Shown here piece by piece: positions 39,369 to 52,079 of a DNA stretch of 64,000 bases. Every line of letters begins with the position of its first letter. The first letter of the stretch is position 1. The notes beneath the pieces are model-generated. The model saw only the letters and a list, made by a program, of their open reading frames with translations. It had not been told where the DNA came from and searched no databases. The stretch is from NCBI GenBank assembly GCA_964016885.1, contig CAXHJY010000992.1, positions 62,001 through 126,000 of the forward strand, written 5' to 3'. This DNA is from Eledone cirrhosa (taxonomy: Eukaryota). A program made the translations under genes and the position numbers.

Positions 39369-41760
39369 TCATCATCATCATCATTTTACGTCCGCTCTTC
39401 CCTGCTTGCAAGGGTGGGACGGGTCTTATTCAGCACAGCATCTCTCCACTTGTCACGGTCCTTCGTCATCTCCGCCGTGAGCTTCAGCGATCTGAGGTCT
39501 GTTCTCACCACCTCCGCCCATGTTTTTCGTGGTCTACCTCTACCACGTCTTCCTTCAAGTGGCATTTCCTGGCACTTCTTCACCCATCGGTCATCCTCCA
39601 TGCGCATCACATGTCCATACCACCTCAGTCTCCTCTCCCGCACACTACATTCTATCCCTCTCAGACACAGTTTCTCTCTCAACACATTCATGCTGGGTCG
39701 TTCACGCACATTGACACTGCACATCCAATGGAGCATGCTTGCCTCATTTCTCTCCAGCCGTCGCATATCCTCTGCAGTTGCTGCCCATGTCTCACTACCA
39801 TGCAGCATCGCGCTCCTCACACAGGCATCATATAACCGGCCTTTTGTACGCAGGGAGAAACCCTTCTTCGTCAGCAGAGGAAGCAGCTCCCTAAACTTCT
39901 TCCAACCCGTCCTTATTCTAGATACTATGGCCTCGGAACACCCTCCTCCCATGCTAATCTGATCTCCTAGGTACCGGAAGCTATCCACCACTTCTATAGC
40001 ACCTGCCTGCATTTGAAAAATGTGTCTATCAATGCGACTTCTACTGTCTAATTTCCCTGTACATCTACTGCATACATATTTCTCCCTACCTGTTAGTTTG
40101 CCTGCTATCCCGCTACATCTCTTGTGTACCCAGGATCTGCATTGTGTGCATTTTATAGAATTTATGCCAGTTCCTTTTCTGCATATCGAACATGGCCATT
40201 TCCCTGACGGAATCAGAGTTTTGTCCTCTTTTCTACTCATCAACACTTTTGTCTTAGCTAGGTTCACTCTCAGTCCTCTTGCTTCCAACTGCTGTTTCCA
40301 TAGCCAGAATTTATTCTCTAGCTCCTCTACTGATTCTGCTAAAAGAACCAGATCGTCAGCATAGAGAAGTTCCCATGGAGAGCCAGTCTTAAATTCCTCT
40401 GTTATGGCTTGGAGGACTATAATGAACAGGAGCGGGCTGAGGACCGAACCTTGATGTACTCCTACTTGTATCTGGAATTCTTCATTAAACTCTATTCCTA
40501 CCCTGACTTTACTGACAGCACCTCTGTACAAAGTTTGCACTGTCCTCACAAGCCATTCCTCAACATCTAGTTTCCTTAGGGACCACCAGATGACAGATCG
40601 GGGTACCCTATCAAAGGCCTTCTCTAGGTCAACAAAGGCTAAGTATAGAGGCTTATTTTTCTCTAAGAATCTCTCCTGCAATTGTCTCACCAAGAAGAGG
40701 GCATCTGTTGTACTCTTTCCAGGCACAAAACCAAACTGCATCTCATCTAGTTTGACCCTTTCTCTAATTAGTTGTGCTAATATCCTTTCTGCCACTTTCA
40801 TAACCTGATCCATCAGTTTTATACCCCTATAATTGCTCCTCTCCAGAGCATCCCCTTTACCTTTGTAGCAATTTATGAGAATACTGCTGCACCAGTCTTT
40901 GGGTATGACACCACCATATATAGCCTGATTGATGATGCGTGCAACCAGTTTAGTGCCTACGTCCCCTGATGCCTTCAGCATCTCAGCAACTATTGACGAT
41001 GGTCCGGCAGCCTTACCATTTTTCATTTGCCTAATCGCCTCTTGGACCCTATATTCGTCAATCTCAATCTCTGTTGGATCTACCACGGGTAATTCCTCTC
41101 TCTCCCATTCGTTCTCCACATTCATCAGTCTCTCATAATGACATTTCCAGGCCTCCTTATTCTGATCATTCGTGACACTAAGTACACCGGCATCATTCCG
41201 GACACATTTATCTCCAATAACATCCTGATTTGCACTGACACACTGCCTTGTAATGTGGAACACCGCACGCCTGATCTTCCCGTTGGCAAACCTCCTACTC
41301 TCAGCCTCCCTGCGTGCTAAGTACACCTGACGTCTAGCTTCTCTTTTAGCGGCTGTATATTCTTCCCTACTCCCACCCTTTTTCCAAGCCTTCCATGTTA
41401 GTCTTTTTGTCTCTAATGGCCTTATCTACTGTGCTGTTCTGCCACCAGGTCACTCTCTGTCTGGTTGGAGCTCTGCTCCAGCCACAAGTTTCATCAGTAG
41501 CCTGCAGTAAGTTGTCACATAAGAAATTCCAGTTATTATCTACGTCATACATCTCTAAATTGTCTTCTTTTTCGTCATACACATATTGAAGGGCTTTCCT
41601 AAATTTGTATTTTAGTGAAAGGTCTTTTAGCTTCCAGACCTTTCTTCACACCTTCCTGTATGTCTCATTCCATCTCTTGCTTACTGAGATATCACTAACG
41701 ACTAACCTATGCTGTGGGGTAGATTCTACTCCAGGGTATGCCTTGGTATTAGACACTATC
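39369..41760 (-). mobile_element. RTE-clade LINE family B, 5'-truncated; RT ORF 39386-41326 open, upstream part frameshifted
   Basis: [58 protein letters not shown] motifs; (GAT)n tail. Confidence 0.97.
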
Positions 41761-42129
41761 ATGCATACAAACTACAAACACACATGCCACTCACATACCA
41801 ACACTCATGCATACAAACACACACACACCACTGACATACACACATATATATATATATATTACCGGTAGTACTGATACAAAATCAAAATCATGTCAACTGT
41901 TAACTTTTCCCAGTCCAGTTCAGTTTTTATATAATAATAATAATAATTGTTTGCTTTACGCTGGTGATGTGGTGGATGGTGTCAGTTTATATATATACAC
42001 ATATATAAATATATACACAGATATATACACACACACATTCATATATATACACACATAGATGCATATAGATATATACACACACCCACTTCATACACATATG
42101 CACACACTCATATTCATATATATATATAT

Positions 42130-42341
42130 ATACAAGTAAATATAAATTAATATATATGATGAAACACAAATACCAACATATCTGTGTTTATATTGTATAA
42201 GAAATTAAGTTAGCTAGAATGAAATATACTAATTATAATTAGTATATTTCATTCTAGCTAACTTAATTTCTTATACAATATAAACACAGATATGTTGGTA
42301 TTTGTGTTTCATCATATATATTAATTTATATTTACTTGTAT
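42130..42341. repeat. 212-bp perfect spacerless palindrome
   Basis: Centre AATTATAATT at 42231-42240; arms reverse-complementary out to 42130/42341. Confidence 0.95.
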
Positions 42342-42565
42342 TATACGGCTCAGAAATATTTCTTTCTTTGAGCTATTTCATTGTAAAGGAATGCTTCTTG
42401 AGTTTTGAACTCAATACACTTAATATAATTGCTCCTTACGTTGAGCTGATAGTAGCCTCATATATACGGCTGTTATTTCTAGCAGTACGAGTATGAGGCT
42501 GGCTAGAAACTGGAAAACCATGTGTTAAACCATGTGCGTTAAACAGTCTTTTAAAATATTTAGAA

Positions 42566-43350
42566 AATGCAGATCCTGGGTACACAAGAGATGTAGCGGG
42601 ATACCAGGCAAACTAACAGGTAGGGAGAAATATGTATGCAGTAGATGTACAGGGAAATTAGACAGTAGAAGTTGCACTGATAGACACATTTTTCAAATGC
42701 AAGAGGGCGCTATAGAAGTGGTGGATAGCTTCCGGTACCTAGGAGATCAGATTAGCATGGGAGGAGGGTGTTCCGAGGCCATAGTATCTAGAATAAGGAC
42801 GGGTTGGAAGAAGTTTAGGGAGCTGCTTCCTCTGCTGACGAAGAAGGGTTTCTCCCTTCGTACGAAAGGCCGGTTGTATGATGCCTGTGTGAGGAGCGCG
42901 ATGCTGCATGGTAGTGAGACATGGGCAGCAACTGCAGAGGATATGCGACGGCTGGAGAGAAATGAGGCAAGCATGCTCCGTTGGATGTCCAGTGTAAATG
43001 TGCGTGAACGACCCAGCATAAATGTGTTGAGAGAGAAACTGTGTCTGAGAGGGATAGAATGTAGTGTATGACAGAGGAGACTGAGGTGGTATGGACACGT
43101 GATGCGCATGGAGGATGACCGATGGGTGAAGAAGTGCCAGGAATTGCCAGTTGAAGGAAGACGTGGTAGAGGTAGACCACGAAAAACATGGGCGGAGGTG
43201 GTGAGAACAGACCTCAGATCATTGAAGCTCACGGTGGAGATGACCAGGGACCGTGACGAGTGGAGAGATGCTGTGCTGAATAAGACCCGTCCCACCCTTG
43301 CAAGCAGGGAAAAGAGGACGTAAAATGATGATGATGATGATGATGATGAT
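42566..43350 (+). mobile_element. RTE family B 3' fragment, inverted relative to 39369-40145
   Basis: Near-identical translation (CRSWVHKRCSG...TRPTLASREKRT), one internal stop at 43069, (GAT)n tail. Confidence 0.97.
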
Positions 43351-43361
43351 ATATATGTATG

Positions 43362-43447
<86 letters not shown>

Positions 43448-43450
<3 letters not shown>

Positions 43451-43803
43451 GACTTCTGGCGTCACGCAGTAATACAGAGTACCCGACCTCCCATGGGTAC
43501 AAGCTGAAGCATATAGACAATATGCCCCCACACCCCCCACTGCAAGGTGGTCGTGGAGGTGCCACGGCAAAAAAGCACCCAGCCCACACTGTAAAGTGGA
43601 CGTGTAGGCACCACGAAAAAGCACCCAGCACTCACTGTAAATGAGGTTGGTGTTAGGAAGGGCATCCAGCTGTAGAAATCAAGCCAGATCAGTTCCTGTA
43701 TGAGCAAGGCATGGTCAGCCGACCAGACACTGCCCACAACAGGATAACCCGTCTAACCCATGCTAGCGTGGAAGAACGGACGTAATACGATGATGATGAT
43801 GAT
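43448..43803 (+). mobile_element. RTE family C 3' end/UTR
   Basis: Reverse complement of 43985-44346; (GAT)n tail; (TA)n on both sides. Confidence 0.9.
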
Positions 43804-43821
43804 ATATATATATATATATAT

Positions 43822-43895
43822 ATCATCATCATCATCATCATCATCATTTTACGTCCGCTTTTCCCTGCTTGCAAGGGTGGGACGGGTCTTATTCA
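43822..43895 (-). mobile_element. Tail-only RTE family B insertion
   Basis: (ATC)n TTTTACGTCCGCTTTTCCCTGCTTGCAAGGGTGGGACGGGTCTTATTCA matches 39369-39432. Confidence 0.88.
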
Positions 43896-43984
43896 TATTA
43901 TATATGTGTATATACCTTTTCATATACCTCTTTATATGTATGTGAGTATGTTTGTGTGTGTATATATATATATATGTATATATA

Positions 43985-44590
43985 TCATCATCATCATCAT
44001 CATCACCGTTTTACGTCCGTTCTTCCACGCTAGCATGGGTTAGACGGGTTGTCCTGTTGTGGGCAGTGTCTGGTCGGCTGACCATGCCTTGCTCATACAG
44101 GAACTGATCTGGCTTGATATCTACAGCTGGATGCCCTTCCTAACACCAACCTCATTTACAGTGAGTGCTGGGTGCTTTTTCGTGGCGCCTACACGTCCAC
44201 TTTACAGTGTGGGCTGGGTGCTTTTTTGCCGTGGCACCTCCACGGCCACCTTGCGGTGGGGGGTGGGGGGGAATATTGTTTATATGCTTCAGCATGTACC
44301 CATGGGAGGTCGGGTACCCTGTATTACTGCGTGACGCCAGAAGTCACGGTCGTGTGTCATTGACTTTGAGAGGTGTAGTTGGGTAAGGTCGGCTTTTATC
44401 ACCTCATCCCAAGTCATCTTGGGTCTCCCCACTCCGCGGTTTCCATCAACTTCTAGTGCTCTGCACCTTTTTATGCAGCTGTCATCCTTCATTCGCATCA
44501 CATGTCCATACCAGCGTAACCGCCTCTCCTGCACGCAGCATTTGATTCCTCTTATGCTCAGTCTCTCTCTCAATTCCTTTATGCTTTGTA
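43985..44590 (-). mobile_element. RTE family C 5'-truncated copy
   Basis: QSIKELRERLSIRGIKCCVQERRLRWYGHVMRM...GRPK.TW; 3' UTR and (GAT)n tail; flanking duplication. Confidence 0.93.
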
Positions 44591-44609
44591 TATATATATA
44601 TATATATAC

Positions 44610-44640
<31 letters not shown>

Positions 44641-44950
44641 CCTTTTCATATACCTCTTTATATGTATGTGAGTATGTTTGTGTATATATATATATATATA
44701 TACAGTGTGTAGATTGTGTGTGGGTAGAGTAGACATGATGTTTTTCTTAGATGTAATCAGTATTTTTATCTAATAATAAAATTTCAATAAACATAAAAAT
44801 ATTTCTTTTTATTGAGGTTGGTTTTAAGATGGAGGAATCTGGAGACTGGGGAGATCTGGAGGTATATTACACACATACATATGTATATACATATGTATAT
44901 ATATACATATATATATACACACACATATATATACAATCAACAGATTGTGC

Positions 44951-44991
<41 letters not shown>

Positions 44992-45088
44992 CACACATAT
45001 ATATATATATATATACAATCTATAGATTGTGTATATATATATATATATATACACACACATATATATATATACAATCTACAGATTGTGC

Positions 45089-45135
<47 letters not shown>

Positions 45136-45201
45136 TATATATATATACAATCTACAGATTGTGCATATATATATATTATATATACAATCTACAAATTGTG
45201 C

Positions 45202-45260
<59 letters not shown>

Positions 45261-45318
45261 TATATATACAATCTACAGATTGTGCATGTATATATATATT
45301 GTGTGTGTATATATATAT

Positions 45319-45349
<31 letters not shown>

Positions 45350-45394
45350 CAATCTACAAATTGTGCATGTATTTTTTTTTTTTTTTTATTTTTT

Positions 45395-46383
45395 CAACGT
45401 TTAACGTCCGTGTTCCACGCTTGCATGGGTTTGGACGGGGGTAGTCCCACTTGAGGCAAGAGTGATTGTCTTGCTCGCATAGGACTGTCTGGCAGGTTTT
45501 CTACAGTTGGATGCCCTTCCTAACACCAACCATATTTACAGTGTGGGTCTGGGAGGTTTTTACCGTGTTGCCTACACGGCCACATTACAGCGTGGACTGT
45601 GTGTTTTTTGTCGTGACACCTACACGATCTCATTTGTTTCGGCCTGGATGGCGCGGCACCAACATAACTTTACATAGAACGGGGTGGTGTGGATGGGGTG
45701 GGGGTGGTGGCGGGACGGGGTGTATTTTGTTAGAGATGCCTACTATGAGGAGAATAAATGGGAGAAAGACAGTCTCCCCCATATCGACCCGATAGAGGGA
45801 CCAGCAGTGTTAGTCGAGGGGAGTATAATAAGTAAGGCAATCAAGGATATGAAGACTGGTAAGGCGGCTGGGCCTTCGGAAATAGTTGCTGAGATGCTGA
45901 AGGCATCTGGCACGGTGGGACACACCATGGTCACCCGCATAGTTAACCAAGTCGTACAGAATGGGGTTGTTCCGAAGGACTGGCATAGCAGCATCATCGT
46001 TAACTGTTATAAGGGTAAAGGAGACGCCCTAGATAGGAGTAACTATAGAGGCATTAAATTAATCGACCAGGTCATGAAGGTCACGGAAAAAGTAATAGCG
46101 CAACTAATCAGAGAGAGAATTGATCTAGATGAAATGCAGTTCGGGTTTGTGTCAGGCAAAAGCACCACAGACGCTCTTTTCATAGTACGACAACTACAGG
46201 AGGAGTACCTAGCTAAAGGTAAACCCCTCTACTTAGCTTTTGTCGACCTGGAGAAAGCCTTCGACAGAGTCCCCCGCTCCATTATCTGGTGGGCTCTTAG
46301 AAAACTAGGCGTTGACGAATGGCTTCTGAGGGCTATACAAGCCATGTATAAAGAAACAGTCAGCAAGGTTAGAATTAACAACG

Positions 46384-46387
<4 letters not shown>
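45395..46387 (-). mobile_element. RTE family A insertion with 5' inversion (3' UTR on minus 45395-45743; RT fragment on plus 45744-46387)
   Basis: First part matches 56938-57292; second part is the reverse complement of about 58398-59041. Confidence 0.93.
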
Positions 46388-46442
<55 letters not shown>

Positions 46443-46467
46443 TATATATACAATCTACAGATTGTGC

Positions 46468-46514
<47 letters not shown>

Positions 46515-46604
46515 TATATACACACACACACACACATATATATATATACAATCTACAGATTGTGCATATATATATATATTATATATACAATCTACAAATT
46601 GTGC

Positions 46605-46651
<47 letters not shown>

Positions 46652-46937
46652 CACATATATATATATATATATATACAATCTACAGATTGTGCATGTATAT
46701 ATATATATATAAAATATTTGTAATTACGTTTATGGAAGACACTGCAGTTTTAGTCATTCACTGGTTATCTCCCTTGGATATTTGTAAATCAGATTGAATT
46801 TAGAAATATTACCTCTTATAGTGTAGTGTGTGTGTGTGTATGTATTTGTTGTGAAGTATGTGTATATATATATATGTTGTGAAGTGTATGTGTATATATA
46901 TATATATGTTGTGAAATATGTGTATATATGTTGTGAA

Positions 46938-46982
<45 letters not shown>

Positions 46983-47145
46983 ATGTGTTATTTTGATCAT
47001 GCTTTTATATTTAATTTTATTTCATTCCTTGTATTTTGATCATGCTTTATTTTTATTTTTAATTTCATTCGCACCTTTTCCTTTCGCTATATGTCTCTCC
47101 ACCACTCCCCTACACACCCTTTGAACTCTGTTCCCACACACTTCT

Positions 47146-47180
47146 CACCTGAGGAAGGGCTTATGCCCGAAACGTCGTTC
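47146..47180 (+). ncRNA. Minimal hammerhead-ribozyme motif of Penelope-like-element type
   Basis: CAC-CTGAGGA-A-GGGC-TTAT-GCCC-GAAA-CGTC-GT: CUGANGA core, stem II, GAAAC and GUC site with palindromic ACGT stem III; AATAAA about 40 nt downstream. Confidence 0.65.
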
Positions 47181-47279
47181 CCCACCACCACCCCACTCTC
47201 CAGAGCGTGAAATTAATAAACATTCGTTGTACTGCCTCTGTTTTGTTCCTGTTCAAATTTTTCCATTATATATATCATC

Positions 47280-48068
<789 letters not shown>

Positions 48069-48648
48069 GGTGGCTGCCAACTCGTTTTCGAGTACGGCCA
48101 CAACTTTACATCCATGTAGGAGAACCCCTACCGATGCGCTGAACTTTTTAGTCCAGCCAGCAACTTGAAAACTCTGGTACAAACACTACACTTGTGACAA
48201 TTATTGACACATAGTGCTGGGCCCATGGTACCATGTGACGACAAGTGCAGAGAGATCTCCAGATATAAAGCAATGCCTGTGCCGTGAAGCTTTTATAGTG
48301 AGCAAAGGCACTGCACAAAGCCAGTCCCACTCTCTTAACCATGATGATATTTACCAAAAAGAAGAACAAGTCAACATCATTGGATACCATCAGGGTTGCA
48401 GGTTTTATATCAGAGTTTTCCTTCTCCTAGAATTCTGCCTTGACAAGGCTAAGGGGTCATCTCTCCCGGTGATTTTGGATGGCCATTGAGCTCCTTTGCC
48501 CTTTTGACAGGTTTTGTTTTTAGTCCTGCAGGATGTCCAAAGTCACCCTCCTCACCAAGAAACCTTGGTGGGGTTGCCAGTTTAGTCGCCAACGACCCGA
48601 CCATGAGACAGGTTGTACTGGGATACATGTTACCAGTAGCACCAACTT
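48069..48648 (-). mobile_element. Probable RTE-type 5'-UTR-derived repeat between (TA)n tracts
   Basis: GC-balanced island with AGGAGAAGGAAAACTCTGATATAAAACC on the minus strand, resembling RTE 5' UTR motifs; no second copy in the window. Confidence 0.4.
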
Positions 48649-49046
48649 ATATACATATATACATACACACATATATATATATACATATATACACACATAT
48701 ATATATATACATATATACACATATATATATATATACACACATATATATATATATACACATATATATATATATACATACACACATATATATATATACATAT
48801 ATACACATATATATATATATACACACACATATATATACATATATACATATATATATATATACATACACACATAAATATATATACATACACATATATATAT
48901 ATATACATACACACATAAATATATATACATACACACATATATATATATACATACACACATAAATATATATACATACACACATATATATACATATATACAC
49001 ATATATACATACACACATATATATACATATATACACATATATACAT

Positions 49047-49133
<87 letters not shown>

Positions 49134-49148
49134 TATATATATATATAT

Positions 49149-49219
<71 letters not shown>

Positions 49220-49221
<2 letters not shown>

Positions 49222-49551
49222 TCATCATCATCATCATCATCAACGTTTAACGTCCGTGTTCCACGCTTGCATGGGTTTGGACGGGGGTAGTCCCACTTGA
49301 GGCAAGAGTGATTGTCTTGCTCGCATAGGACTGTCTGGCAGGTTTTCTACAGTTGGATACCCTTCCTAACACCAACCACATTTACAGTGTGGGTCTGGGA
49401 GGTTTTTACCGTGTTGCCTACACGGCCACATTACAGCGTGGACTGTGTGTTTTTTTGTCGTGACACCTACACGATCTCATTTGTTTCGGCCTCGATGGCG
49501 CGGCACCAACATAACTTTACATAGAACGGGGTGGTGTGGATCGGGTGGGGG
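49220..49551 (-). mobile_element. RTE family A 3' UTR fragment
   Basis: Matches 56918-57250; (GAT)n tail; (TA/CA)n on both sides. Confidence 0.93.
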
Positions 49552-49680
49552 TATATATATATATACATATATATATATATACATATATATATACATATAT
49601 ATGTGTATATATGTATATATATATATATATGTGTGTATATATATATATATATACACACATATATATATATATATATACAC

Positions 49681-49727
<47 letters not shown>

Positions 49728-49864
49728 CACACACACATATATATATATATACACACATATATATATATATACACACATATATATATATATATACACACAT
49801 ATATATATATATATACACACATATATATATATATATACACACATATATATATATATATACACAC

Positions 49865-49924
<60 letters not shown>

Positions 49925-49942
49925 TATATATATATATATACA

Positions 49943-50160
49943 CACAGTCCACGCTGTAATGTGGCCGTGTAGGCAACACGGTAAAAACCTCCCAGCCCCA
50001 CACTGTAAACGTGGTCGGTGTTAGGAAGGGCACCCAGCTGTAGAAAACCTGCCAGACAGTCCTATGCGAGCAAGACAATCACTCTTGCCCCATGTGGGAC
50101 TACCCCCGTCCAAACCCATGCGAGCGTGGAATATGGACGTTAAACGAGGATGATGATGAT
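49943..50160 (+). mobile_element. RTE family A 3' UTR fragment, opposite orientation
   Basis: Reverse complement of about 49220-49447 with some substitutions; (GAT)n tail. Confidence 0.92.
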
Positions 50161-50323
50161 ACACACATATATATACATATATATACACACACACACAGGA
50201 GAGAGAAGAGAAGGAGAGAGAGAGACAGACATGTTACTACAGTACAATAATACAAGACAATGTAGAGAGAGAGATGGTGAAAGAAGAAAAGTTGATATGA
50301 AGAAGAAACCCCAAATATTTTAC

Positions 50324-50451
50324 ATCTCTACTGCTCTCTTCTTCGCAAAAGCCTCTTCCTTCTGCTGTCGGCGTAATTCCTGTTCTTCTCGTCTCTTCTG
50401 TTGCTGCTTCAACATTCGCTTCCTCCTCACTGCCATCTCATCTTCATCCAG
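50324..50451 (-). CDS. CAMSAP: Exon of CAMSAP/Patronin-like gene, LDEDEMAVRRKRMLKQQQKRREEQELRRQQKEEAFAKKRAVE
   Basis: tatttgtag|CTG GAT...GAG AT|gtaaaa; 128 nt, phase 0 to 2; charged helix resembling the CAMSAP EMA.KR...R.E...R.QQ.E segment; splices in frame to 38231. Confidence 0.8.
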
Positions 50452-50844
50452 CTACAAATAAACCAGAATTACAACAGTGAAACAAAATGTGCCATATAGA
50501 CATACTACATATCTCTATCATACTCTATCTCTACTTGTTATAGCTTAATTGCTATAAATTAATGTTTTGTCTCTTGTCCCTTACTCCACCAGACAGTGTT
50601 TGGTTTATGTTAGATGCTGTGACCACAAGTGGACCAACAGTACCATTGGTAGGGGTCAAAACTGCCAAAGTCCATCTCAACAGCTTCTGGAGTTCTGTGT
50701 CCTTCGTTTGTATACTTATTTTTTTTTAATATTTTATTAAGGTTTCCCCTTGGAAAATTATTTTTCATTTTACATTGTTTCTATTCATTGTCTTGTCCTT
50801 TCATTGTAATTTTCTTAAGTTTAATATATATATATATATATATA

Positions 50845-51886
50845 TGTGTATTACAGCCCCACGTTATACCCTAACGGATAGCACGATCTATACGTGGATA
50901 TTTTACGTCTTGATGTGGGAGCTAAGTATATGTTTTGTTTATTCCTTTACTTATTTGCATAGGTAAGTATATATTACCCGTATGTTTTGTGAAGGTATGT
51001 ATACCTTCTCGTACGTATATTTGACTGTTATAGCGTATAATTTTTACATATTCTGGTATTTAGGGTTTGGCTATGTGTATACGGGAGTTTTGCGTCCGCG
51101 TGAGTGTGCAGGTTCGTACGTATGGTGGGTGTGTGTATATGTGTACTTCTTGTTTTAGTTGACTTACGTCTCCGAACATTCGTGTATTTATTTGTAGGTA
51201 TGCGTGTGCGCCTGTTATATACGTATTTATTTACTTATATACGTTTATATATTTATTTATTTATTTGTACACAAGCATACACACACACACACATATTTAT
51301 ATGTGCGTGGTTTTGTATACCTATGGTAAGGTTTTGCGTATGCCTGTGTATGTACGTATCTGTTTGCGTGTATGTATTTATTTGTTTCTATTACTTCTGT
51401 ATTGTATTTATTTACTTTGTTCTTAACTCTGTAGCGGAGATTCATTTGGTCTCCTAGTTAGAATTTTAGTCTACGATTTCTGCTATACCATTTACGTGGT
51501 TTTGTCTTTGCGTCCTATTGTTCTCCACGCTCCACATATGACTTATTATCTTCGTTTTTTCGTTCATTGCCAGAGAACGTCTCTATGCACCACCTAAGAG
51601 AACATTAGTCTACGACCTCTTTTATACCATAAACGTGGTTTTGTCTTTGCGCGTAATTGTTTTTCACCGCTCCTATTAATGACGTATTATTCGTTTTTTT
51701 CCCGTTCTTTGCCAGCGAACGTTACCACGAACCAAAGTATCGTCTTCCTGTCTTCCTCCGGTTGCAACGTTTTTTGAAATATCCAGTTCTGCGTTTACAG
51801 ATTGACTTTGTTAGTTTCAGAAGATCCCGTTAAGGGTGAAAGCAGCGATTCTTTGCTTAAATTTTCATCTGTTATTTTAATAAATA
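50845..51886 (-). mobile_element. Longer copy of unclassified repeat X
   Basis: Right end matches 31110-31312; internal imperfect duplication (about 51465-51590 vs 51605-51730); CpG-rich relative to flanks; left boundary uncertain. Confidence 0.55.
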
Positions 51887-51989
51887 TTTGCTCTACGGTT
51901 CTTATATATTTGATATATATTTTCCTTATCGAGCCCTCTTTGGATTTTAGTCTTCAATTTTATTATTATTACTATTATTATTATATTAT

Positions 51990-52038
<49 letters not shown>

Positions 52039-52079
52039 CTGAACAAAAAGGAAAAAACGAACACAGACATATATATATA

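Noticed and set aside
44930-46700. CRISPR-like repeats (hairpin ACAATCT-AC-AGATTGT with variable spacers)
   Set aside because: Spacers are only (TA)/(CA) microsatellite, there are no cas genes and the context is eukaryotic
48570-48645. HDV-like ribozyme at the putative RTE 5' end
   Set aside because: P2-like (CCAGT/ACTGG) and P4-like pairings exist, but I could not build P1 and L3
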